Origin: the human T2T-CHM13v2.0 reference genome, Homo sapiens
Assembly (NCBI RefSeq): GCF_009914755.1
Contig: NC_060939.1
Length of the DNA stretch: 64,000 nucleotides
Strand: one strand, 5' to 3'
Shown: positions 51,302 to 64,000 of the stretch, one piece after another
Layout of the letters: every line of letters starts with the position of its first letter
Position numbering within the stretch: the stretch's first letter is position 1
Made by a program: the position numbers and the translations under genes
The notes under the pieces: generated by a model
Database searches by the model: none
Told to the model about the DNA's origin: nothing
What the model saw: the letters and a program-made list of their open reading frames with translations, nothing else

Positions 51302-51391
51302 CTAGCTCCTCTTGGATCTTTCTCTGTACCCTGGGGTTCATCACCAAATACATGAGGCTCCAGGAGATAGCAGTTGTGACTGTGTCAAACC
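51302..51391 (-). CDS. CYP1A1: CYP1A1 exon 4 (I-helix)
   Basis: 90 nt, [29 protein letters not shown]; canonical splice sites. Confidence 0.98.
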
Positions 51392-51478
51392 CTGGACAGG
51401 GTAGAACAGAAGAAGTTAGGCAGGCAGCAGCAGGTCAGGGCACTTGAGCACAGGAAGGACACAATGGGGTAACCATAC

Positions 51479-51605
51479 CAGCTCCAAAGAGGTCCAAGAC
51501 GATGTTAATGATCTTCTCATCTGACAGCTGGACATTGGCGTTCTCATCCAGCTGCTTCTCCTGACAGTGCTCAATCAGGCTGTCTGTGATGTCCCGGATG
51601 TGGCC
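51479..51605 (-). CDS. CYP1A1: CYP1A1 exon 3
   Basis: 127 nt, [42 protein letters not shown]; AAG acceptor, GTATGG donor. Confidence 0.98.
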
Positions 51606-52160
51606 CTTAGGTAGGGAAAGTCCACAGGTGAGCAAGATCTCAAACCCAGAGCTACCTCTCCATCCAGGTCTGGTCCTTCACTATTCCTAGCACATTTGTT
51701 CTGGAGGTGATGCCCCCTGAGGCTGTTGTCCCAGCTTCTCTCTGCCTCTGCAAGGCTCTCTCCTACTACCTTAGAATGCTGCTAGCCCCAACTCATGGGA
51801 CATTTGACACACAGCGTCTTGTACTGTTATCATCTGGATGTGCTCTTTATCTTCTTTCTATTATGAGGCCAGGAGATGAACTCTTTAACTCTTCCTGGCT
51901 CCCTCAGCAACTGCCCCAGGGTCCTGCATGTAATGACTCTTCAGTGGCTATTGCTGTCTGTGGAAGCATGGAAGGGTTAGTCAAGATAAAGTTCTATTTC
52001 CCTGCCAAGGAAGAAGACTATTCCACAACTGGCTTCAAGATCCCAGGTTGAAGCCTTCCTGAGAACTTGCCAAGCCCCATGCAGTTCCTCTTACCTTTGA
52101 CCTCCCAGGCCCTGATGCCATCTGCTTCCCACCACCCACCTGCCTTTCCCCAGACTGTAC

Positions 52161-52985
52161 CTTCTCAAAGGTTTTGTAGTGCTCCTTGACCATCTTCTGC
52201 ATGAAGCTGTAGAACTTCTCATTCAGGTCCTTGAAGGCATTCAGGGAAGGGTTGGGTAGGTAGCGAAGAATAGGGATGAAGTCAGCTGGGTTTCCAGAGC
52301 CAACCACCTCCCCGAAATTATTATTCAGGTTGACTAGGCTAAGCAGTTCTTGGTGGTTGTGGTCATAGCGCCGGCCAAAGCAAATGGCACAGATGACATT
52401 GGTCACTGATACCACCACATACCTGTAGGGGTTAAAGTGCCCAGGCCCTGCCATCAGCTCCTGCAACGTGCTTATCAGGACCTCAGCCTCCTTGCTCACA
52501 TGCTCTTCCAGGTAGCAGGAGGTTGAGGAGGCTGGGTCAGAGGCAATGGAGAAACTTTTCAGGCCATTCTGGGCCAGGCGCCGGCGGGCAGCCCACACTG
52601 GTCCAGAGTCTGGGCTGAAGGACATGCTCTGACCATTACTGATGAGGGTGAAGGTGTAGAGGTCGGGCCGGCCCTTGAAATCATCGCCCTGCCGCACCAG
52701 GGCCTGCCGGATGGTGTCCAGGCCGCTCAGCACCACCACGGGTGTGGAGCCAATTCGGATCTGCAGCACGTCCCCATACTGCTGGCTCATCCTTGACAGT
52801 GCCAGGTGCGGGTTCTTTCCCAGGGTCAGCATGTGCCCAATCAGAGGCCAGCCCCATGGCCCTGGTGGATTCTTCAGGCCTTTGGGGACCTGAGGTCTTG
52901 AGGCCCTGATTACCCAGAATACCAGACAGAAGATGACAGAGGCCAGAAGAAACTCCGTGGCCGACATGGAGATTGGGAAAAGCAT
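52161..52985 (-). CDS. CYP1A1: CYP1A1 exon 2 coding part (aa 1-275), cytochrome P450 1A1
   Basis: [25 protein letters not shown] anchor, PPGPWGWP hinge, WxxxR; donor AAG|GTACAG. The six coding exons sum to 1539 nt (512 aa plus stop). Confidence 0.99.
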
Positions 52986-55328
52986 GATCAGTGTAGGGAT
53001 CTTGGAGGTGGCTGCTGAGAGAAGGTGCAGGAAGAAAAAAAGTCAAGCCGTCAGATTGGGGGATGAGAAAAGCCAATATCTAGAGTGTCAGGGAAAGGGG
53101 AAACCTTTCCACCAGAACTGCTTACTGGGCATGAAGAAGAGGGTGAGGTGGGGAGAAGTTGTTGAACTACCACTGTGGGCTAAGAATTTCACAGTCCTTC
53201 TTCATTCAGCCCTGGCCACAAATCTATGAAGTAGCCTGCAATGAGGCTCAGAGAAGGTAAGTAACTTGCCCAAGGTCACACAGCCAGAAAGTGTTGGATG
53301 CAGACTCCCAAGCCAAGTTGCCTAATTCCAGAACGCTTTCTCTTAACTGCTGTACCAATCTAAACTGACATCTTCCAATGTCAATCTGTGATTTCCACAT
53401 AGTACCAGTACTGTTATTTACTTCACATTTTCCTAAAATCAACTTTAAATCTACCTACATATCATCATAAACAATATCTATGTGAAAGTACAAGTTTGAT
53501 TTTTCCCCTAACACATTAAAATAAACACATAATCAAGGTGTATCACCCCGAGTCCTACCCACCACACTTAGGAAAATCATGTTCTCAGGGGAATTAGGGA
53601 TCATCTGATCCTTTAGCCTCATTTAACATTTGGGGGAAGCAGCGCTGACTTGTCCAAAGTCCCCCAGCAATCAGTGACAGAGCCAGGACTCAGACTCCTT
53701 AGGGACACTTCCCTGGAAATTTCCAGCTGCTGTCACATGTACCTCCTTTTGAAGAGTGGTCAGATCAATGAAGGAATTTTCCCAGAACCCTCAGTTCTCT
53801 GCTGCTCAATCCCAGGATGCAGGAAATCCCACCAGACCCCAGGACAGACTGAGGAAGAGATAGGGGACAGGATGGCCACTTCCCAAACCACATTGCTTTC
53901 AGCCCCAGCTCTCTGAGTTCAACTGATCCACAGTTTAAAGGCAGCTGGAGACCAGCTAGATTGAGCTCTTTAGTCAGAGAAATCCAGGCCAGGGTTTTTT
54001 TTTGGCTCAATTCTCAATGAATGAACAGTTTGGACCTCCCCCTTTTGCAGGTTACCAGAGAGCAGAGAATAAATGGAAGGTTCCCACTAGGCTGTAAGAA
54101 AACCCCAGACTGGAATCAGGGAAATCAGGAATGGATCTAAACTGAAAGGAAACTGAGGCAATACTTTCTCTGTAAGCTTGACCTAAAAAGGGTGTTTAAA
54201 TTCATAAACCACTCTCTCCAACATATCAGGCATCTCTGCCTGTTACCCTGGACTAGAGGTCAGTAGACCCAACATTCTAGTCAAAGTGATCTTGGACTGC
54301 ACATTTTACTTTTCTGGGGTCCAATTTCAACATCTGAGAGAGGGTAAGACAAGATCTCTCAGTTCAGAGTACCCAGCTGGATCCAGAGGGAAGAGAAAAC
54401 CCAGATCTGCTGTGGGGAACCTGACAGTCTTACCAGTTAGGCTCCCCACAGGAGAACCTCACAAGACAGGGAGATGGATGGTTCCTACCACAAGTATTAT
54501 AGTGGAGGGAGGCTTCCTGGAGGGGCTAAATATCAAAGCACACTAGATCCCTGAGTCAACAGGGGACAGTGCCAGGCTTTGGTGTGCTATGGTGTCCCCT
54601 TCTGCACAGTGGGTATCCCAAGGACCTGCAGCCTTTGTAAGATGGTAGGAGGCCAAGGGAGATGTGACTGGTGAGTTTTTAGGGACTGGTATTTCCAGCT
54701 CCCTGCAGTTGGCAATCTGTCAACCTGATTGTCTCCCAGCAAAGGACAAAGAAGATGGTCAATGAGATAGGAAAGGCCTGGGACTCCTGCACAGATCTGC
54801 CTCTATTGTCCCAGCTGTCTAGGACATCTCAGCACTGACAAGCCACCCTTAGGAGGGTAAAATCTGCCAGGGGTAGCTTCTTAGGCTAGGGCAGGGTACA
54901 GCTGGTAAGAACCCAGCCCACCCCCTCCATCCACCCTGTCCACCCAAGGAGAAGCCCCTGTCATCAGAAAGCCTGAGGGAGGGGCTGCACATATTCCAGC
55001 CTGCCAGGTGGCCTTGATGGGGAAGCCCCAGGGTAGGCAGGGAGACACTCACTAGGGGATGGAGCTGGAGCCTGGGTCCTGAAGTCCTGAATGAGATGCC
55101 ATCTGTATCTAGAGGTCTGGTACCAGCTGTGGGACCATGGGCAAGTCCTCCTCTTCCCCTGGCCTCAGTTTCCCCACTAGGGGGCTAGACTGCCTGGTCA
55201 CTAAAAACACTCTGAGCCTCCCTTTTTGGAGGTGCTAGACAGGTAGCTACCTAAGAAGTCCTGGAGGCACCAAAATGTTCCTTTTATTGGGAGAGAAAGG
55301 GCAAGCCAGAAGTCCCCCAGCAACTCAC

Positions 55329-55417
55329 CTGAGGTACTGAGCTGAGCTGGGAAGGGTGGACTCTTGGAGCCTGGGATCACAAGGATCAGGGAAGGTTCCA
55401 AGGAACTGTCACCTTCA
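55329..55417 (-). other. CYP1A1: CYP1A1 non-coding exon 1 (TSS approximate)
   Basis: Donor CAG|GTGAGT at 55329/55328; TATA box ~26-31 nt upstream of the presumed start. Confidence 0.88.
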
Positions 55418-55442
55418 GGGTGAGGGTGAAGGCACTGCCACC

Positions 55443-55480
55443 TTTATAGGCGGGCTTGTACGTGTGGCCACGCCTCCTTC
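55443..55480 (-). promoter_or_regulatory. CYP1A1: CYP1A1 core promoter: TATA box and BTE GC-box
   Basis: TATAAA at 55443-55448; GGAGGCGTGG (Sp1/KLF basic transcription element) at 55468-55477. Confidence 0.92.
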
Positions 55481-56192
55481 CCTGGAGCGAGCTGAGATGG
55501 AGGGAGAAGCAGCCTGAACCGGGCTGGTCTCTCTGGGATTGGAGAGAAAGGTGGCGGAGGGCGGCGGGGGTGGGGGGTCGGGTGGGCAAGAACCCACTAT
55601 GGGACACATCTCGGTGCCTGTACATAGAGGGGTGAGGGCTGGGAACACCTGGAAGTCCCAATTCCAAGGCGTCCCAAGGGCAGTGCAGAACCCAGCCGAG
55701 GAGGGGGCTTGAGGGAGAAGTCCCAGGACAGCCCGAAGAGAGGGTACGGGAAGCTCCATCCTGGGGCGCGGGGACTCCTCTTCGTCATTTTTGCACCCAC
55801 TGGAACGCTGGGCGTGCAGATGCCTCCCCAGCGCTACAGCCTACCAGGACTCGGCAGGCGGGGGCGGGGCTGCCCCGTGGTGACCTCCTTCCCGGGGTTA
55901 CTGAGTCCCGGCTCGCGTGAGAAGCGCTGCGACCCCAGCCCTGAGGTCACGGGGGCCGGAAGGCCAGAGGCGCCGCGGGGCTGGACCTGTCCCCCAGAGC
56001 CCGGGCGACTAGCTGAGGTTCGCGCCTCTTGATTGAAGGATCGGAATGGATGGCGAAGGGGCAGGCTCGCTGAGCGCTCACTAGCGGCTCCTCGCAGCCT
56101 CTAGGATCGCCTTAGTGCTGATTGCAACGCGCGGTCCCTCCAGCCAGGACCCACCGGCCCTTGAGGGTCCCTCTTGGCTCCCGGGGTGGCTA

Positions 56193-56213
56193 GTGCTTTG
56201 ATTGGCAGAGCAC
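56193..56213. promoter_or_regulatory. 21-bp imperfect palindrome with a CCAAT box (NF-Y site of the CYP1A1 negative regulatory element)
   Basis: GTGCTTTGATTGGCAGAGCAC, about -780 to -800 from the TSS. Confidence 0.75.
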
Positions 56214-56334
56214 AGAAATCCGGCGGCGGGGGGCCACGGAAAGACTCGGGCCCAGGGACCACGGAGGGGGCACCTGGCGCGGAGCCCCCACCCTACCCCC
56301 GGCTAGCTTGCGTGCGCCGGCGACATCCCTCTAG

Positions 56335-56347
56335 GGGGCAGAGGTCA
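56335..56347 (+). promoter_or_regulatory. DR1 nuclear-receptor element (PPRE-like)
   Basis: GGGGCA-G-AGGTCA at about -919 to -931. Confidence 0.7.
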
Positions 56348-57231
56348 GGCGGCCCGTCCCCGCCCCACCTGGCCCGGAGGCGCGGTGCCCAGGCGTTGCG
56401 TGAGAAGGACCGGAGGCCCGCGCAGCCACCCAGCCGACCCATTCCCCGGCCCGGCGCGGGGGCTCGCAGTCACGCGAGGGGGGAGGGAGTCGGGGCGGGG
56501 CTCTTAAAGGGCCAGCCTCGCGCGCGGCGTGGGGTTGGGGTGGAGGGAGAGGAACTGTCGAAGGGTGGCGGGTGCGCGATTGAATAAGGGGATGCGGTGC
56601 AAAGGGTCTAGGTCTGCGTGTGGCTTCTGCCTGCGAGGAGAGGCAGCCTGCATGTGTCCGCATTTTCGGTCCACGCCTGTGGCACGACACGAAGCCCCAG
56701 TGCCATTTGGCATGGCCTAGCTGCCTGCCTCCGACGCTGTCCCGCCCTCCGGAACCTTCCTGTTACAGGGTTTCCAGGAAAAAAAAAGTTGTATTTGCGT
56801 GCCTAGCTCAACCTGGCCCCAGCTAACATCGTTACGCGCCATCCCCGACGTGCTCCCCAACCCGGTGGCACCACCATCCGTCGCTGGTCCAGGCCAGAAA
56901 ATAATCCCCTCACCTCCCATTCCGGTCATATGCGGCCTCGTGCATTGCACAAATATTTACCAAGCAACTACTATGTGCCAGGAGCTGTTCGGAGGCGCTG
57001 GCGATTGACAGAGAAGGGAACACAGCTGACAGCACTCCTAATCTCGTGGAGTTTACATTCTGATGGAAGGAGACAAGTAATATGCCCCAAATCTAGAGAA
57101 TGTGAGAGGGTAAAAAGTGCGGTTGAAAAAAATTAAACAGAAAAGGCGTACGGATTATGTGAGGGCAGATTGCAATTCAAAACAAGGGGGTCAGGGAAGG
57201 CCTTGCGGAGAGAGGCAGGAGTGTGGAGTCA

Positions 57232-57615
<384 letters not shown>

Positions 57616-58133
57616 TCAAAGCCTCCCGCCACCCCCCACCACAGTGGTTCTTGAAGGACCGAGCAGTACCAGGGATGTGCAGAGGTCATGTGACTGGGGA
57701 GTTCTCCTGGCATGTAGTCCAGGGGGATGGGATGCCCATGAGGCACAGCGCCCTGCCGCATGTGCAGGGAGCACCCCATTGAGAGACATGAGACTTCCTC
57801 TGTGCGAGATAGAGACATGGCTGGGGTGTAAGAGAAGCAAGGTCACTCGGGCTACTGTGCTAAGAATAGGAGGCACATTTCTCTGCTTGGCATCTGCTTT
57901 GGCATCTGTCCAGCTCCACTGCCACAACTCATCCAGGGCCCATCATTGCTCCCTGGAGCACTTAGCCTCCACCTAGGTTCCCATTTGCCTTTTGCTCCGT
58001 CCAATTACTTCTCCATCCTGTGGCACCCAGAGTGGTCCTGTCAAAAATGCAAAATCTCATTCCATCACCACCTTGCTTAAATTTCTTTGGTAGCTCCCAC
58101 CACTCTGAAGGCAGGAATAAGAATCTTTAGCAG

Positions 58134-59795
58134 CTCTCCCTCTCCCTCTCCCTCTCCCTCTCCCTCCCTCTCCCTGTCCCCTCTTTCCACGGTCTCCCTC
58201 TGATGCCGAGCCAAAGCTGGACTGTACTGCTGCCATCTCGGCTCACTGCAACCTCCCTGCCTGATTCTCCTGCCTCAGCCTGCCGAGTGCCTGCGATTGC
58301 AGGCGCGCGCCGCCACGCCTGACTGGTTTTCGTATTTTTTTGGTGGAGACGGGGTTTCGCTGTGTTGGCCGGGCTGGTCTCCAGCTCCTAACAGGGAGTG
58401 ATCCGCCAGCCTCGGCCTCCCGAGGTGCCGGGATTGCAGACGGATTCTGGTTCACTCAGTGCTCAATGGTGCCCAGGCTGGAGCGCAGTGGCGTGATCTC
58501 GGCTCGCTACAACCTCCACCTCCCACCCGCCTGCCTTGGCCTCCCAAAGTGCCGAGATTGCAGCCTCTGCCCGGCCGCCACCCCGTCTGGGAAGTGAGGA
58601 GCGTCTCTGCCTGGCCGCCCATCGTCTGGGACGTGAGGAGCCCCTCTGCCTGGCTGCCCAGTCTGGAAAGTGAGGAGCGTCTCTGCCCCACCGCCATCCC
58701 ATCTAGGAAGTGAGGAGCGTCTCTGCCCGGCAGCCCATCGTCTGAGATGTGGGGAGCGCCTTTGCCCTGCTGCCCCGTCTGGGATGTGAGGAGCGCCTCT
58801 ACCCAGCCGCGACCCCGTCTGGGAGGTGAGGAGCGTCTCTGCCCGGCCGCCCCGTCTGAGAATCAAGGAGACCCTCCGCCTGGCAACCGCCCCGTCTGAG
58901 AAGTGAGGAGCCCCTCCGCCCGGCAGCCACCCCGTCTGGGAAGTGAGGAGCGTCTCCGCCCGGCAGCCACCCCGTCCGGGAGGGAGGTGGGGGTCAGCCC
59001 CCGCCAGGCCAGCCGCCCCGTCCGGGAGGGAGGTGGGGGGGTCAGCCCCCCGCCCGGCCAGCCGCCCTGTCCGGGAGGGAGGTGGGGGGGTCAGCCCCCC
59101 GCCCGGCCAGCCGCCTCGTCCGGGAGGTGAGGGGCGCCTCTGCCCGGCCGCCCCTACTGGGAAGTGAGGAGCCCCTCTGCCCGGCCACCACCCCATCTGG
59201 GAGGTGTACCCAACAGCTCATTGAGAACGGGCCATGATGACAATGGCGGTTTTGTGGAATAGAAAGAGGGGAAAAGCGGGGAAAAGATTGAGAAATCGGA
59301 TGGTTGCCGTGTCTGTGTAGAAAGAGGTAGACATGGGAGACTCTTCATTTTGTTCTGTACTAAGAAAAATTCTTCTGCCTTGTGATCCTGTTGATCTGTG
59401 ACCTTACCCCCAACCCTGTGCCCTCTGAAACATGTGCTGTGTCCACTCAGGGTTAAAGGGATTAAGGGCAGTGCAAGTTGTGCTTTGTTAAACAGATGCT
59501 TGAAGGCAGCATGCTCGTTAAGAGTCATCACCACTCCCTAATCTCAAGTACCCAGGGACACAAACACTGCGGAAGGCCGCAGGGTCCTCTGCCTAGGAAA
59601 ACCAGAGACCTTTTTTCACTTGTTTATCTGCTGACCTTCCCTCCACTATTGTCCTATGACCCTGCCAAATACCCCTCTGCGAGAAACACCCAAGAATGAT
59701 CAATTAAAAAAAAAAAAAAAAATAAGGACATGCTTGAAGCCTCCTCAAACCACGAGCAATAAATCCATCCTGCACTCTTGAAAAAAAAAAAAAAA
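58134..59795 (+). mobile_element. Full-length SVA retrotransposon (SVA_D-like) with 3' transduction
   Basis: (CCCTCT)n head, Alu-like domain (~58190-58570), GC-rich VNTR (~58570-59200), SINE-R (~59200-59700), two poly(A) tracts; TSD AAG(A/T)ATCTTTAGCAG at 58119-58133 and 59794-59808. Confidence 0.96.
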
Positions 59796-61676
59796 GTATC
59801 TTTAGCAGAACCTACCAGGCCTGCCTGCCTCTAGTTCTAGTGTCCCCTACCTTGAGTCTCAGATAAAACATCACTTCCTCTGGGATGCCTTCCTGGATTC
59901 TCCCCCCAGAAAATTATGTTTCTCCTGGTCGCTGTTTCCAGCACTTCTCCACGGTAATTCTTAGGACACTGGATACTTGCTATAGCCCCGACCCAACCTG
60001 CCACTTCTTTCCGTATGCTCTAACAAGGAAAACCAACCTGCAGGAAATTGATCTGATAAGCCAAGTCCAGGCAAGATATTAATAACTGGTAAAGGAATTA
60101 GACACAGCTATACTATACACAGGCCAAATGGCAAGAGAGATGTTGAATCCAAAGTGCTCATGCTATAATGGTGGAATTTAGGCAACAGAACAGGCAGGAG
60201 ACAAGGGAGGTATTGCTGGGCTTTCTCAGCACCCTTCCAATTATTCTACTCTCTGCATCTTTGATTCAGTCTGAGGAGCTTCATGGTACCCAAGAGAGGT
60301 CTGTCCTTCAATCCTAGTTGGAGCTAGAGCCACAGAGAACGAGCCTGTGTGGAAGCCATGGCAAGGAAGTGGAAAGCAAGGCACTCCTAGATCCTCCAAC
60401 ATGCTCTGCAGCACAACCTCTTCTTCAGCTTCCCAGGGTCCCCACCAATGCCCCAGCGCTGGAGAATCATGGCAGCCTGGTCACCAGGGCTGGAAGACCA
60501 ACTAGTGCTAGGGCTCCCAACCAGGGACCCTTCTCTTGATAGAAAGTGCGTTGCTTTGCTTGCATTATCTAAGAGGCTCTTGACTCCTCAAAAACTCATT
60601 AGCTAATAAAACCAATTCGTCTCTCACTTCTTAGGTGGAGAGATGGGTGCCAGAAAAGAAAAGGCCCAAGTACGCATGGCAAATCAAAGCAGAGCCTAGA
60701 ACTCCAGCTTCTTGCTTCTAGGCCAGGGCCCGTCTCACCATAACTTATCATCCCAGACTATGAGTGAAGCCCCAGGGGGCCAAAGGTAGACAGACTCAGC
60801 CCCTGGGCCAGGGCCCCTCACCTCTCCACACCCCTGGACTGGTGCACTGGGGTTACAAGAGATGTTGCACTTCTCATCACCAAGCCGTATCTTGGCTAAC
60901 AGTTCACAATAACAGGAAGGGGGCCCACACTGAGCACTGGGCAGAGAAGGAGGGAGTCAGGCAGGAGGTTAGAGGACCTTGGCCTGGAGCTGAACACTCA
61001 TTCCTGGGTCAAAGTTTGCATGCCTTTGCGTGAGAAGCTCTTTGGCTAGGATTCCCTAGTGATCAATACCAGGAGCAGGGGCAGAAGTGCTGGGGAGGGG
61101 AAAGGGCTCTGGGCTGGAGAGATCGAGACAGCTGAGAGGCCTTAGCCCAGCAAAATCATCAGCCTAGGGCTTTCAGTGAGCCCTGCTGAAGGCTGTGGGC
61201 AAAGGGGACTGGAAGACAAGCAAGATCCACAGCAAACCCCTGCCCCATGGTAGAGATGGGAGTCATACCCTAGACAAGTCCTGTGATGAGTCTGGAGATG
61301 CTGCAGGAGCTGTGAGGAGGCTGGGGCAGGAGGGGTGTTAAAGGGATGCTCCCCGGAGAGTGGAGAACTAGAGAAGGCCCCTGGAGTCTAAGGAGCATAG
61401 GAAGGGCATTCCTAGCATGGGGAAGAGACACAATGTGAACAACAGATAGTAGTGGGAGGTCGGGGTGAGGCAGTTTGGGTGGATGTGGAGAACTGGGACT
61501 TGTCTCCCAATGTGTCCTCTCCCCACCCAGTCATCCCCTTCTCCTACTGAGATCTGAGCCTGAGCATCTTCCCTTCCTCTCCTGCCTGTGCCCAGAGAGC
61601 CAGATAGATTGAGTTTGCAGGATACAGGGCTCAGATGGGGCAGCTCTTGGCTCCCTGGCTCTTGGCTGCTATAGTT

Positions 61677-61795
61677 AGGATGACAGTATTTTCCCAGGAC
61701 AGTCTAAGCCTGTTGTCATGGAAGAATTGTTAAAAGTGCCCTCTTTCACTCTCAAAAGATCCTGGCTTAGATGATAATAAGTTATATAGTCACCC
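61677..61795 (+). mobile_element. MER94-like MITE
   Basis: GCCCTCTTTCACTCTCAAAAG...TATATAGTCACCC matches recalled MER94. Confidence 0.6.
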
Positions 61796-61948
61796 CAGTG
61801 ATGGTGGGCATGGGTGGGTTTTGGGGGCCCAGCATCTGTTCTCCCTTCTTTTGGCAATACCACATCAATTGTCCTTTCGGGATCACCTCACCCCTACTCT
61901 CAGCCCATAGGGTTACTGTAGCTGACCCACCCCAGGCCAAGCCAATGA

Positions 61949-62324
<376 letters not shown>

Positions 62325-63585
62325 TAGAAAGTAAGTCTGAAGCTGCCAGTAGTCATTTTTTAAGGAAGCCGGCCTTAGAATGATACCTACTCAAGGAAAA
62401 GCAGATCTGGGAGATGAGGGGAGGAAGCGGGGGGGAAATTGAAGACATTAAGCCTCTAGATCCAGTTATTCCTGAAGTCAATGAAGTTCACCCATAGAAG
62501 GTCCCTGTTAAAAAACCAATATCACCATCACCTCCCCCTTCTCTTCCTGTCTCCCTCTTTTTCCTTCTTCTTCACCCCTGCCTCATTCTCTTCCTCCTCT
62601 TCCCTCTCCTCCTCCTCCTCTTCTTTCTTTTCTAGTATGAGGTGGGTTTGGGGGACTTACAACTGCAAGAACACAAACCTGCCAGCCAGGAAGGCTTACC
62701 TGGCAGAGCTCTCTGAGTGACTAAAGCCTGGTACTTGCAGGCCCCAAGAAGACCTACCCAGGTTGAACAGAGTCCTAAGAGGTTACTTCTATCTAGCAGC
62801 TTCCCACTGGTCTGCTTCTGTACCTAAATGGCCACCATCCGAACCACTGTGGGAGGCAAATTGTATCTCCAGAAGACCCCGTGATGGTGTCAAGTTGTTG
62901 GCTGGACAGTTCCTGTGAGAGAAGCCATGTGCGTGACATTGTTGATCAGTTGAGTCTGCGCCGTGTCACTGTGCAGTTCCTCCTGCACTCCCAGCAGTCT
63001 GGGAGCAGAGCTCACCACCATGGAGGCTGGAGGCTCCTTGGCTCCAAGCAAATAGCCAACAAGGGAAAGGAGGAGAAAACGGAACCCAGAGAGGGTTGCT
63101 ATGGAAAGGCTATAGACAGGAGCTGTGGCCTTCAGTAGAGGGTCACAGCTAGTGCTCAAAGACCCGCAGAGAAACAGCCTACATGTTCCAACCTCGCTCC
63201 ATTCGTGCTCTCTGTCCTGCTGGTGACTTCCATGAATGGAACCTAACTGGAAGCCAGGATGCAAAGAGTCCATGAATGCAGCCTGCATAAGTTAGCCCTC
63301 TAGGACAGTGGGCAGAGAAGGGTGGAAAGTGAGTCTGGAGAGACAAGTGGAAAGCATCTAGTGCTCTACCCCAGGGCCTTTGCACTTGCTCCTCCCTTCA
63401 CCAGCAAACTTTTTTTTAAAGCTTGCTTGCATTTATCTTTTCCCCCTTCCCCAATTTTTATTTGTTTATTTTTCATACAAATATATGGGGTACAAGTGCA
63501 ATTTTGTTACATGCATAGATTGCAAAGTGGTCAGGCCAGGACTTTTAAGGTACCCAAAAGCATTGTACAATTACCCATTAAGTAA

Positions 63586-63978
<393 letters not shown>

Positions 63979-64000
63979 TAGTTTGGATGTTTGTCTCCTC

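Larger units (their letters stand above)
55800..56810. promoter_or_regulatory. CYP1A1: AHR/ARNT xenobiotic response element cluster in a CpG island
   Basis: TNGCGTG sites at 55913-55919, 56308-56314, 56396-56402, 56471-56477 (reverse) and 56795-56801; extra GCGTG cores at 55812, 56527, 56616 and 56672. Confidence 0.93.

Noticed and set aside
50438-53229. Antisense and alternative-frame ORFs over CYP1A1
   Set aside because: Shadows of the real GC-rich coding exons.
55386-57008. ORFs in the CpG island
   Set aside because: High GC content depletes stop codons; no recognisable protein features.
58243-59699. 229-aa and other ORFs in GC-rich repeats
   Set aside because: They lie within the SVA Alu-like, VNTR and SINE-R domains, which are non-coding.

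Overview
Human genomic DNA from the EDC3-CYP1A1 interval (15q24), recognised from the encoded proteins. The left part holds the 5' end of EDC3 on the minus strand: a CpG/ETS promoter near 25.9 kb, a ~20 kb repeat-filled first intron, and two coding exons giving residues 1-161. The right part holds the complete CYP1A1 gene on the minus strand (7 exons, 1539-nt CDS, 512 aa), its TATA/BTE promoter, the CpG-island AHR/XRE enhancer, and the start of the spacer toward CYP1A2, which contains a full-length SVA. Most of the rest is Alu, L1, L2, MIR, LTR and MER repeats, and almost all listed ORFs are repeat artefacts. I found no convincing new multi-gene system in this well-studied locus. The best unexplained features are: a 39-bp-stem hairpin beside an AG|GT splice signal in EDC3 intron 1; a predicted EDC3 circRNA with a junction-spanning ORF; a tailless tRNA-Gly half-copy whose target site was reused by an Alu; an SVA 3' transduction; a micro-inversion in an MLT2 LTR; a palindromic TA minisatellite; and a CTCF-like motif overlapping a DR1 element in the XRE cluster. 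Repeat subfamily names are from recalled consensus sequences and repeat boundaries are approximate.
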